A stretch of DNA of 63,230 nt, filler included, from Actinomycetota bacterium (GTDB lineage: Bacteria > Actinomycetota > CADDZG01 > JAHWKV01 > JAOPZY01), in assembly GCA_025963875.1 (NCBI GenBank). It is 4 parts of 4 records of this genome, joined end to end, with 100 filler letters (N's around TTAATTAATTAA, not from the genome) between each part and the next. Parts side by side here need not be neighbours in the genome. Positions count along the whole stretch, not along the records: positions 29,165 to 54,785 come from JAOPZY010000100.1; positions 54,886 to 59,925 come from JAOPZY010000217.1; positions 60,026 to 63,230 come from JAOPZY010000254.1; 1 more part is not named here. One strand, given 5' to 3'. A program made the position numbers and the translations under genes. Positions 48,690-60,057 of this stretch are shown in pieces. Below the pieces are notes generated by a model. The model had not been told where the DNA came from. It saw only the letters and a program-made list of their open reading frames with translations, and ran no database searches. Within the stretch, counting starts at the first letter, position 1. Each line of letters opens with the position of its first letter.

Positions 48690-51515
48690 TTAGCTGCGAG
48701 TCTCGCCGCGTTGCGCTTGGGGGAAGGAGGCGAGCGCGTCGCGCAGTGCCGCTCGCGTCGCGATGCCGAGCTTGGGAAAGAGCCGGTGTAGGTGACCGCC
48801 GACGGTCCGAGGAGAGAGGAAGAGCTGCGCCCCGATCTGCTTGTTCGTCAAGCCGGCGGCGGCGAGCATCGCTATCTCCCGTTCCTGTGGTGTGAGGGAG
48901 GCGCTCGCGTATTCGCCGGCGCGGAGCTTGGTCTGGCCGGTGGCTCGAAGCTCGTTGCCTGCTCGGGTTGCCCACGGCTGAGCGCCCAGACGCTGAAACG
49001 TTGCGAGCGCGGCGCTCAGATGTACCCGCGCCTCGGTCATCGCGCGGAACCGTCGCAGGCGCTCGCCGTAGGCGAGTTGGACGCGCGCGAGGTCGAACGA
49101 CCACCGGTCGATGCCGGGGATCGCGAGCGCTTCTTCGAACAGCCCAAGGGCGCTCTCGTCCGGCGCGGCGATCGCCGCCGACGCGGCGGCCAGCAACGCT
49201 AGTCGCGAGGACAGCGCAGCGATGTTCGCTTCGCGCATCGCCGCGACATGGGTGGTTGCTTCGGCTTGGCGGCCGGTGCGTACCGCCGCCTCGACGAGAT
49301 CCATGAGGACATAGAGCGCGTGCGGAACGTGCGAGGCGAGTGTGCCGGCCGGGCTGATCGCGGTCGCATGCTCGTAGGCCTCTTCGAAATCGCCCCGCCC
49401 GAGCGCAGCGAGTGCCTGTGCCTGCCAGGCGTACCGCTGCACCGACCGAACCCGCCGTGGTGCTGCCCATTGGATCATCTGGTTGGCCAACGCCCGTGTC
49501 GTGTCGTAGTCGCCGCGCGCCGCGGCGAGCCTGGCCTGGTAGACACGGCCCCGCCACGCCAAGAGCAGGTAGCCGTGCGCTTCGCACAACTCCACGGCTT
49601 CGTCGAACAGCTGCTGGGCTTCATCCCACTGGCCTGTCCAGAAGTCGTCGACGCCCAGCAGTATCAAGGCGTTGATGCACGAGGCGATCGCGCCGCCTTC
49701 GCGTCCGTCGCGGACGACCCGCCACAAGGCCTCGCGGCAGCCCGCCAGCCGGTCGACGAAAACGCCCGCGGTCGCGGTCCGCACGATCCGGGTCGGGTCG
49801 ACCTCGTGGGCGAGCCCCTCGATCGCCGCGTCGAGCTGCTCGAGTGCCGCAGCCGCCGTGCGGACCGGGTCAGCCATGATCTTGCTGCTCAGGTAGAGAG
49901 CCGTAGGGACCTGACCGGTCAGGCGCGCAATCGCCTCGTAGAACGGTGCCCACTGTTCGGCTCGCCCCCCGAAAAGGCACACCACGATCAGGGTGTAGAG
50001 CGCTTCCTCGAGCGCGGCGTCGCTGAGATCGTTGCGTTCGGCTCGGCTCTCGATCGCGCCGACGAGCAGACGATGAGCGGTGTCGACGTCGCCGTCAGCG
50101 TTGAGCAGAAGGGCGGAGGCAGCGACGGCGGCCTGCAGCGACCCCTTGAGCTCCGGGTCGGCCCGGCGGATCTCGGCGAGCAGCTGCGAGGCGTTGCGCA
50201 GATCCCCGCCGGAGTCGGCGCCGACGTAGGCGGCCTCGGCCAGCCGGCGGCTTCGGTCCGCGCCAAGCGGACTCAGCTCAGAGGCCCGCGTCAACGCGGC
50301 AACGCACGCCACGGCATCGCCGCGCGCGAGGACCCGATGAGCCGCCTGCTCCAGCAGCGCCGCGACGTCTTCATCGGGCTCGACCGTCGCCTCGGCGAGA
50401 TGCCACGCCCGACGGTCGGGCTGATCCGCCCACAACTCGGCCAGCACGCGATGTGCTAGACGACGCTCATCACCGCTCGCAAGCTCGACCACCGCTGAGC
50501 GAATCAGCGGATGGCGGAAGGCCGGCCGGTGGGTGCTCTCATCGACAGACGCCAACCCCCTCCGCTCCGCCGGAGCGAGGTCCCCGAGCCCAGGCGCCCC
50601 CGCCGCCCCCGCTTCCAGGACGCGAACGTCCCCGGTGCCGTCCAACGCCATCAGCAGCAGCAGCTGCCTCGTCCGCTCAGGGAGGTCGTCGATCCGGGAC
50701 GCAAACAGTGTCTGGAGCCGTCTACCGAGCGGCAGAGCCGAAGGCAACGCCTGCAGCGCGGCGCGCTGCGCGCTGCTCAGTGCCAGCGGGAGCTCGAGCA
50801 GAGCGAGCGGGTTGCCCTGCGCCTCGAACAGAATCCGCTTACGGACCCCGGGGGCCAGTGCGGGGAAACGTGCCCCGACGAGACTGCTCGCTGCGTCGTC
50901 GTCGAGCGGCTGGAGCTCGAGCTCGGGAAGCCCGGCACGATCGAAGAAGCTCTCCTCGCCTGACCGCGACGCAGTCAGAACGCCGACCCGGCTGCAGGCC
51001 AGACGGCGCGCGACGAACCCCAGCACCCCGGCGCTCGTCCGGTCAAGCCAGGGGAGGTCGTCGACGATCATCAGCAGCGGGCGATCCGCCGCTGCCTGAC
51101 GGAGCAGAGCAAGCGTCGCGTTGGACACCACTAGCCGGTCGGGAGCCGGGCCCTCACCGAAACCCAAAGCCACGTTGAGCGCGTCACGATGCGCAGCGGT
51201 CAACCCGGCGAACTCCCCGAAGAGAGGAAGCAGGGCCTGGTTGAGCCCGGAGAAACTCATCTCGGCCTCAAACTCCACGCCGCCGGTGCGCAGCACCCGC
51301 GTGCCGGCGGCCGAAGCCGCACCCGCCACGGCATCCAACAGCACCGTCTTGCCCACGCCTGGCTCCCCGAACAACAGCAGGGCATCCCCGTCCATCTCCG
51401 CCCGATCAACAAACTCCTGGACGAGGGCCAACTCCCCACCACGCCCGACCAGAGCTTCGGCTTCAGCAACGCCACGGTGCAGAGAGCCAAGCTCGTTCAA
51501 CCGCGCTCCGTGCAA
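48690..51515 (-). CDS. Large ATP-binding LuxR-family (LAL) regulator
   Basis: LVGR, GEPGVGKT, VDDLPWLD, GNPLALLEL, FRHPLIRS, C-terminal LTPQE..GLTNKQIG..LSPRTV. Confidence 0.93.
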   Translation of the reverse strand: MHGARLNELGSLHRGVAEAEALVGRGGELALVQEFVDRAEMDGDALLLFGEPGVGKTVLLDAVAGAASAAGTRVLRTGGVEFEAEMSFSGLNQALLPLFGEFAGLTAAHRDALNVALGFGEGPAPDRLVVSNATLALLRQAAADRPLLMIVDDLPWLDRTSAGVLGFVARRLACSRVGVLTASRSGEESFFDRAGLPELELQPLDDDAASSLVGARFPALAPGVRKRILFEAQGNPLALLELPLALSSAQRAALQALPSALPLGRRLQTLFASRIDDLPERTRQLLLLMALDGTGDVRVLEAGAAGAPGLGDLAPAERRGLASVDESTHRPAFRHPLIRSAVVELASGDERRLAHRVLAELWADQPDRRAWHLAEATVEPDEDVAALLEQAAHRVLARGDAVACVAALTRASELSPLGADRSRRLAEAAYVGADSGGDLRNASQLLAEIRRADPELKGSLQAAVAASALLLNADGDVDTAHRLLVGAIESRAERNDLSDAALEEALYTLIVVCLFGGRAEQWAPFYEAIARLTGQVPTALYLSSKIMADPVRTAAAALEQLDAAIEGLAHEVDPTRIVRTATAGVFVDRLAGCREALWRVVRDGREGGAIASCINALILLGVDDFWTGQWDEAQQLFDEAVELCEAHGYLLLAWRGRVYQARLAAARGDYDTTRALANQMIQWAAPRRVRSVQRYAWQAQALAALGRGDFEEAYEHATAISPAGTLASHVPHALYVLMDLVEAAVRTGRQAEATTHVAAMREANIAALSSRLALLAAASAAIAAPDESALGLFEEALAIPGIDRWSFDLARVQLAYGERLRRFRAMTEARVHLSAALATFQRLGAQPWATRAGNELRATGQTKLRAGEYASASLTPQEREIAMLAAAGLTNKQIGAQLFLSPRTVGGHLHRLFPKLGIATRAALRDALASFPQAQRGETRS

Positions 51516-51646
51516 TGAGAGATGGTGCCGAAAGCAGCATAAGTCTTCGACTCGACCCGCGCGGCGAACGACGTCGCTCAGCGTTTCGCGTACGACCCGG
51601 CCAGCAGGACGGCTCGGCCGTAGGAGCCTCGGGGATCGGCGGGGCA

Positions 51647-51689
51647 GTTTCCGTCAAAAAGTGTGCTCACGACCCTTTTTGACGGAATC
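51647..51689. repeat. 43-bp palindromic element
   Basis: ttccgtcaaaaag..ctttttgacggaa; related copy at 60026-60068. Confidence 0.7.
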
Positions 51690-52121
51690 TAAAGTTAAGC
51701 TCCGCCCGGCTGCGAGTGGAGCCTCCTCGCTTTACCGGGCGTTTGCCCTGCTCACCGAGTTCCCTGGACATCCCACCAACAGACTTACTTACACAGACCA
51801 TCCAACCAACAGACAGACCCTCCAACTATCAGAGGAAACCGCTCGTCAGAGATCCGGCGCACAGACTCGCTTCGTCGTCGCCGATCTCGCTCAGCGTCGC
51901 CGGACGAAGGTGCGGAAAAAAAGTGTTGCCATAACAAACATTTCTTCCGCACCTCGGCCGCGGTCCTCGGTTCGGGTCTCTGGCCAGCTCGGGACAGGTC
52001 GGCACGTCGCGGCGGCGGCAGGTCTACCCGGGGGCTTGGGGCCCTCGGTAGACCTGCCGCCTGTTCCCAGGGCACAGACAGGCCCTGGTCTTCCCCCCAG
52101 CTTGGCTATGTGTCAGATCTC

Positions 52122-52337
52122 TTACGCCCTCATCAGAGGGCGCCCCTCGCAGAGATCGCAGGAGTCACCGAACTGCCCGCAGCCCGTCACAATGGCGTGC
52201 CGCAACCAGATGGCCTCACGGTGGTGCCGGCAAAGCATCGCTTCGAAGCCCTCGGGCTCCTCATCAGGTTGTGCGGCCTGCCAACGTACGAGCAGAAACG
52301 TCTCGCCCTTGACCTTGTCCCCCTCGAGTACCTTCAT
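52122..52337 (-). CDS. Small Cys/His-rich hypothetical protein
   Basis: Purine-rich RBS upstream; LCRHH and CDLC motifs. Confidence 0.45.
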   Translation of the reverse strand: MKVLEGDKVKGETFLLVRWQAAQPDEEPEGFEAMLCRHHREAIWLRHAIVTGCGQFGDSCDLCEGRPLMRA

Positions 52338-52576
52338 GACAGCTTCGAAACCCTTTCTCCCCCGCCTCTAGATGACAGTCATGTGCGCTCTTCAGATGCC
52401 CCCGGTGGTTCGACCCCGGACCGGGCCCGTGCAATCCCGGCGCCGCAACACCGTGAACAGAAGACCCCCATAGCAAACGGCTGCGCACCGCCCGTATGTG
52501 AGCCGAGTTGCTTCTCGTCCAGCGACCTCCGCGCATCGCTACCTCACTGATCAGGTCCTGAGGCAACTGGACGGCC

Positions 52577-52792
52577 TGCCTACAGCACGTGCAAGTGGTA
52601 CACCCAAGCGCTCGGCCATCATCATAGATATTTCAACCATGCCGACGCAAACTCAAATGCACGTGCACAATCTCCCGTCCTCCGCGGGCCACCGGAGGAG
52701 GGTGCCTACAGCACTTGCAAGTGGCACACCCGAGGGATCGGGCATTATCATAGGTACCCGAGCGTGCCGAAGCAAACTCAAATGCACGTGCA
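52577..52792 (+). repeat. Diverged tandem duplication (~126-bp period) upstream of the XRE gene
   Basis: tgcctacagcac(g/t)tgcaagtgg at 52577 and 52703; gcaaactcaaatgcacgtgca in both copies. Confidence 0.88.
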
Positions 52793-52891
52793 GATACTCG
52801 CCCGGCTCCTCCCGAAAGGAGGTGAGGCCTCATACCATGAGAGCCGGAGAGGCGCTGAGATACTGACCACAGCTCAGAGGAGGAAGGGGAC

Positions 52892-53770
52892 GTGGCCACA
52901 GCCAAGCCGGGGAACAGCCCCACTGCCCTGCGTATCGTCCTCGGCGCGCAGCTGCGGCAGCTGCGCGAGGCAAAGGGCCTCACCCGCGCGGCAGCGGGGT
53001 ACACCATCCGGGCCTCCGAGTCCAAGATGAGCCGTTTGGAGCTGGGCCGCGTCAGTTTCAAGGACCGCGACATCAGGGACCTGCTCATGCTCTATGGCGT
53101 CGAGGACCCGGACGAGCGGGAGGCGCTGCTGTCTCTGGCCAAGGAGGCGAACCGGCCGGCTTGGTGGCAGCGCTACAGCGACATCCTGCCGAGCTGGTTC
53201 CAGACCTACGTGGGTCTCGAGGAGACGGCGACGCTGATCCGTACTTACGAGGGGCACCTCGTCCCCGGCTTGCTACAGACAGAGGACTACGCCCGTGCCG
53301 TCATGTTCGCAGGGCTGCCGGGCGAACCGGACGACGAGATCGAGCGATGGCTCAGATTGCGGATGGATCGCCAGGGACTGCTCACTCGCTCGGATCCTCC
53401 CCGGCTGTGGGCGGTGATGGACGAGGCGGCGTTGCGGCGGCCGATCGGCGGGCCGGAGGTGATGCGGGCACAGCTCGAGCATCTGGTCGCGGCCACGAAG
53501 CTGCCGAACGTCACTGTGCAGGTAGTCCTGTTTCGTACAGGTGCGCATGCGGCGCTGGGTCAACCGTTCGTCATCTTGCGGTTCGACGACCCGGACCTGC
53601 CGGACATGGTCTACCTCGAGCAGTTCACCAGCGGGCTCTGGCTGGACAAGCCTGACGAGGTGGACAGCTACGCGCAGGTGATGGATCGCCTGGCCGTTCA
53701 GGCCGAAGACCCGAACGACACCGGGGAGATCGTTACCAACATTCTCAATGACATGGAAACAGGGGCCTAG
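52892..53770 (+). CDS. XRE/WhiJ-like regulator (HTH + DUF5753)
   Basis: LGAQLRQLRE, SKMSRLELG, WW..Y, VPGLLQTEDYARA, LWAVMDEAAL, DMVYLE. Confidence 0.93.
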   Translation: MATAKPGNSPTALRIVLGAQLRQLREAKGLTRAAAGYTIRASESKMSRLELGRVSFKDRDIRDLLMLYGVEDPDEREALLSLAKEANRPAWWQRYSDILPSWFQTYVGLEETATLIRTYEGHLVPGLLQTEDYARAVMFAGLPGEPDDEIERWLRLRMDRQGLLTRSDPPRLWAVMDEAALRRPIGGPEVMRAQLEHLVAATKLPNVTVQVVLFRTGAHAALGQPFVILRFDDPDLPDMVYLEQFTSGLWLDKPDEVDSYAQVMDRLAVQAEDPNDTGEIVTNILNDMETGA

Positions 53771-54010
53771 ATGGATACGACGTACAACGGCATACCCGCC
53801 TCGGAGCTGCAGTGCGCGCGGTGGCGCAAGAGCAGCTTCAGTGGCAACGGAAACAACAACTGCGTCGAGATGACCCGGCTGGCCACCGGAGAGGTCGCCG
53901 TGCGCAACTCCCGGGACCCGGACGGCCCGACACTCATCTATACTCGGGCCGAGGTCGAGGCGCTCATTCGGGGTGTGAGGAACGGCGAGTTCGACGACCT
54001 GATCAGCTAA
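53771..54010 (+). CDS. DUF397 (BldB-like) protein
   Basis: WRKSSFS..NNCVE..VAVRNSRDPDGP..GEFD. Confidence 0.95.
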   Translation: MDTTYNGIPASELQCARWRKSSFSGNGNNNCVEMTRLATGEVAVRNSRDPDGPTLIYTRAEVEALIRGVRNGEFDDLIS

Positions 54011-54074
54011 CCAACCAACGGGCAGTGGTCCTGTTCTTGCCGCTGCACCGACTGCGTGGGCGGAGGGAGGAGTA

Positions 54075-54785
54075 GTGACGGAGAAGAACCGGGCGCCAGT
54101 CGGCGTCGATGTGCGCAAACCCCACGCCGCGCGCGTCTACGACTATGCCCTCGGGGGCAAGGACAACTACGCGGCCGACCGTGCGCTGATCGACAAGCTG
54201 ACCTCCATCATCCCGGATACACCCCTCGCAGCGCGAGAGAACCGGGCGTTCCTGGGTCGTGCCGTGCACTTCCTCGCCGAGGCCGGCATCCGCCAGTTCG
54301 TCGACATCGGTACCGGCCTGCCCACCCAGGGCAATGTGCACGAGGTCGCGCACGAGGTGGCTCCCGACGCGCACGTGGTCTACGTGGATTACGACCCGAT
54401 CGTGCTCGCTCACAGCCGTGAGCTGCTGTCCGGGGCCGACAACGCCATCGTGATCCCGGGAGACGTACGTCGGCCAGACGACATCATCGGCGATCCCAGG
54501 GTCCGGAAGGTGATCGATTTCGAGGAGCCGGTGGCGGTCCTGCTCGTGGGTCTCCTGCACCTCGTCGCCGACAGCGACGACCCTGCAGCGATCGCGGCCC
54601 GCTTCCGAGCGGCGATACCATCGGACGGCTACCTCGTCATCTGCCACATCACGGGGGACTATCACTCTCCAGAAGCCGTGGCCCAGTGGATAGAGGTGTT
54701 CGGCGGGATGGCGGAGCCGATGGTGCCGCGCACTCATGAGCAGGTCGGGCGCTACTTCGACGGCATGGAGCTCGTCGACCCCGGC
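54075..54785 (+). CDS. SAM-dependent methyltransferase (DUF574 type), 3' truncated
   Basis: ARVYDYALGGKDNY, GIRQFVDIGTGLPT, VYVDYDPIV. Confidence 0.92.
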
Positions 54786-54885
54786 NNNNNNNNNNNNNNN
54801 NNNNNNNNNNNNNNNNNNNNNNNNNNNNNTTAATTAATTAANNNNNNNNNNNNNNNNNNNNNNNNNNNNNNNNNNNNNNNNNNNN
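54786..54885. other. Artificial contig linker
   Basis: N run + TTAATTAATTAA + N run. Confidence 0.98.
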
Positions 54886-55152
54886 CTGATCGGCGACATC
54901 CGGGGCCTCGGCTCCATGGTGGGGGTCGAGTTCCGGGACCGGGAGACCCTGGCCCGCCTGCGCAGCACCGCCATGCAGCTGGGCGTCCTGACCGTGACCG
55001 CCGGCAAGGAGGGCAAGGTGCTGCGCCACCTGATGCCGCTGGTGATCACCGACGACCAGCTTGCCGAGACCTTCGCCGTCTTCAACGAAGCCGCGGCAGC
55101 GGCCGTGGCAGCGGCGGCCATCGGACCGGCGACGAGAGCTTCAGCGACATGA
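54886..55152 (+). CDS. Class III aminotransferase, C-terminal fragment
   Basis: IGDIRGLGSMVGVEF..G..GKVLRHLMPLVI. Confidence 0.82.
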   Translation: MIGDIRGLGSMVGVEFRDRETLARLRSTAMQLGVLTVTAGKEGKVLRHLMPLVITDDQLAETFAVFNEAAAAAVAAAAIGPATRASAT

Positions 55153-55419
55153 AGACCATGTCGACGGGATATGTGCGGAACGGGGGGACAAGACGGAACC
55201 CGACCCGTCCGTAGGGTCGGATCGCGTCAGTCCGGGTCGGCAGGACGTCGAGAAGAACCTCCTGATAGCCATCCGAGCGGGCTCTCGTGACGGCGGCCTC
55301 GACCAGTTAGGCCTTCGCCGGCCCGGTCGCACCGCACAGGACCCAAAACTCAAGCTAAAGCGGCTCCCGCCCCGATCGGTTGTGCTGGCCGCCCCCTATC
55401 CTCCCCGGCCCGGCAGGTC

Positions 55420-55816
55420 GGCCGACATCGAGGCTCAGTCCAGCTGGCTGGTCAGTCCATGGAACTCGCTGGTTAAGGTGCGCCCGGAGTACGGCAAGCT
55501 CTCGACACCGGCCCGGCAGGCCCAGCGGTCCCGGAACATTGCCTCCAGCGCCGTTGTCATCTACGGGCTCGTCGGCGCGATGTCCGCGATGTATAGCGAC
55601 GTGGACCCCGACGTCGCCTTCAAGGCCATTGCGGTCGAGGGCGACGAGGACTTGTTCTCGTGGGACAACCCGCTGTGGACCGGTGCGGGCGTCGTTGCCC
55701 CCAGTGGATCGGGGACCGGCACGCTGGGTACCCGGAACAGCTTCCCTGCCCGTCGTGCTGCCACTCGCATCTTGAGGGAGGTCATGGGCTTGGGCCCCGA
55801 CACCGCTGAGGATTAG
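55420..55816 (+). pseudogene. Startless C-terminal gene fragment, possibly DndB/DGQHR-like
   Basis: GC3-rich frame WNSLVKVRPE..DLFSWDNPLW..TRNSFPARRA; no convincing start or RBS. The family is recalled from memory only. Confidence 0.35.
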
Positions 55817-56127
55817 ACGAAACAGGTTTGGCCCCGTGGGGGGCGAGGATGCCATGACACCTCCTCGCCCCCCCTTGCCTGTTTCGTTGACGCCAGGACC
55901 TGCCTTCCGGATTGCCATGGAGGTCGGAACACACGTGGCAGAGCCCTCGCTGACAGAGGTGGTCGCACTTTTCCACCCCAACGGTAGGTTTTTGCACCCG
56001 ACCCAGCCACAGCAAGACTGTTTTTGCTCATCTATCCCTATCCCACGAACGGGATGCCTCGCGGGCCACCTCGAGATCCGCCTGGCTGCAGGCCTTCCGA
56101 ACACCGCCGGCCACTCCGAGAGCCGGT

Positions 56128-56253
56128 TCAGTGCAGGTTGAGGAACACGAGCGAGGCCAGGGCGCCCACCACCAGGGCCACGACCACGATCCAGGCTGTG
56201 ACCACGATCATCTGCCTGCGTCGCTCCAGTGGGCTGCGCCGGTACGGACCCAT
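56128..56253 (-). CDS. 41-aa single-pass membrane protein
   Basis: MGPYRRSPLERRRQMIVVTAWIVVVALVVGALASLVFLNLH; TATGCT 7 nt upstream of the ATG suggests a leaderless mRNA. Confidence 0.68.
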   Translation of the reverse strand: MGPYRRSPLERRRQMIVVTAWIVVVALVVGALASLVFLNLH

Positions 56254-56334
56254 GGGCCCGAGCATAGCCCCGGGGTGTGTCGAATTCTCCACAAATAGTG
56301 ACGAAAATTCGACGCGCCACCTGCCCCCGCCGGC

Positions 56335-57582
56335 CTAGTCCCAGCCCACCTTGACGGGCAGGCGGGAGAGGCCCCGCAGCGTGATGTGAGGCCGCCACTC
56401 GAGGTGGTCGGTGGCGAGCTCGAGATGCGGCACCCGGGCAAGCAGGGTCCCGATGGCGATCTGGGCCTCGGTCCTGGCCAGCATGGCGCCGAGGCAGAAG
56501 TGGATGCCGCCGCCGAACGACAGCATCTTCACGTCGGGCCGGCGCACGTCGAGGCGGTCGGGGTCCGGGAACCGGGCAGGGTCACGGTTGGCGGCGCCGA
56601 CCAGCAGCATCATCGGCTCTCCGGCGGCGATGTGCTCGCCGCCGACGACCACGTCCGCCCGGGCGCCGCGGCCGGCGATCTGCACGGGGGAGTCGTACCG
56701 CAGCAGCTCCTCGACGGCGCTGCGGATGAGCGAGGGGTCGTCGCGCAGGCGCTGCAGTTCACCCGGGTGGCGCAGGAGAGCGAGCATCCCGTTGCCGATG
56801 AGGTTCCGGGTGGTCTCGTGGCCGGCGCCGAACAGGAGGCCCACCGTCGAGATGAGTTCCGCCTCGCTGAGGTGGGCGCCGCCGTCCTCGGCCTGGATGA
56901 GACGGGAGAGCAGGTCGGGGCCGGGCTCCCGGCGACGCTGGGCGACGACTCGGCCGATGTAGGCGGCCAGTTCCTTGACTGCACGATCGGCCCTCGTCGC
57001 TTGTTCCTCGGTCACGATCGGGTCGAGGACCTGGGCGATGGCCTCCGCCCACTCCCGTGCCTGGGCCTGGTCCTCGATGGGCAGCCCGAGCAGCTCTGAG
57101 ATCACCGTCACCGGCAGCGGGAGGGCGAGCTCGGCGATGAGGTCGACCTCGTCTCGCCCGGCAACGTCGTCGATCAGCCGGTTGACGATCTCGACCACCC
57201 TGGGGCGGACCGCCTCCAGCGCCCGCGGGGTGAAGGCCTTGCTGACAAGGCCCCGGAGGCGGGTGTGGTCGGGCGGGTCCCGGAACAGCATCCAGCGGCT
57301 GAGCTCCACCATGGTCGCGACGCCTGGACCATCCTGGGTCGTCGCCAGCATCAGGCTGGCCTCGTCGACCCCGACCCCGAAGCGGGGGTCCCGCAGGACG
57401 GCGGCGATGTCGGCGTAGCGGCTCAGCACCCAGTAGCCGAGCGGGCCGCGCAGCATCGGGGCATGCTCCCGGAGCCGCCGGTACTGGGGGTAGGGGTCGG
57501 CGTGGGCTTCGGGGTCGAGCGGGTTGAAGAAGACCGGTTCTTCGGGGGCAAGCTCGCCTCCGCCCTGAGCGCTCATGGACAT
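56335..57582 (-). CDS. Cytochrome P450
   Basis: DPPDHTRLR, AGHETT, EELLRY, ANRDP, SFGGGIHFCLG. Confidence 0.96.
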   Translation of the reverse strand: MSMSAQGGGELAPEEPVFFNPLDPEAHADPYPQYRRLREHAPMLRGPLGYWVLSRYADIAAVLRDPRFGVGVDEASLMLATTQDGPGVATMVELSRWMLFRDPPDHTRLRGLVSKAFTPRALEAVRPRVVEIVNRLIDDVAGRDEVDLIAELALPLPVTVISELLGLPIEDQAQAREWAEAIAQVLDPIVTEEQATRADRAVKELAAYIGRVVAQRRREPGPDLLSRLIQAEDGGAHLSEAELISTVGLLFGAGHETTRNLIGNGMLALLRHPGELQRLRDDPSLIRSAVEELLRYDSPVQIAGRGARADVVVGGEHIAAGEPMMLLVGAANRDPARFPDPDRLDVRRPDVKMLSFGGGIHFCLGAMLARTEAQIAIGTLLARVPHLELATDHLEWRPHITLRGLSRLPVKVGWD

Positions 57583-57669
57583 AATTTACTCCAAAGTGGA
57601 GCGTGGCGACACTTTGCACAGCGGTTGCGGTAGAACGTTGCGGAGGGTCTCGACGAAGGAGGGCGGGTA

Positions 57670-59626
<1,957 letters not shown>

Positions 59627-59637
<11 letters not shown>

Positions 59638-59925
59638 GCAGGCGGCCGCCGCGGCGGTCGTGCTCTTGTTGGGCCTCCTGGGGGCCTGCGGCGGTTCGGC
59701 CACCAGCAGCGCCGACAAGCCCACCCTCTTCAAGGCCACGGATGCCGGGTTCAGCGCCGAGTTCCCGAGCAAGCCCCAGCGGACCGCGTCGACGAAGGAC
59801 GTCACGACGGAGGTCCGGTACGAGGCCCTCAGCGCCAACGCCGCCGAGGACGTCATCGTGCAGTACCTGGCCAGCCCGGGCCCCATGAACGGCGTGACCC
59901 AGACGCTGCTCGATCAGCAGATGGA
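59627..59925 (+). CDS. Lipoprotein, N-terminal fragment
   Basis: Hydrophobic stretch + lipobox LGAC; runs into the linker. Confidence 0.7.
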
Positions 59926-60025
59926 NNNNNNNNNNNNNNNNNNNNNNNNNNNNNNNNNNNNNNNNNNNNTTAATTAATTAANNNNNNNNNNNNNNNNNNN
60001 NNNNNNNNNNNNNNNNNNNNNNNNN
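59926..60025. other. Artificial contig linker
   Basis: N run + TTAATTAATTAA + N run. Confidence 0.98.
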
Positions 60026-60057
60026 GATTCCGCCAAAAGGACCGCCGACGCGACTTT

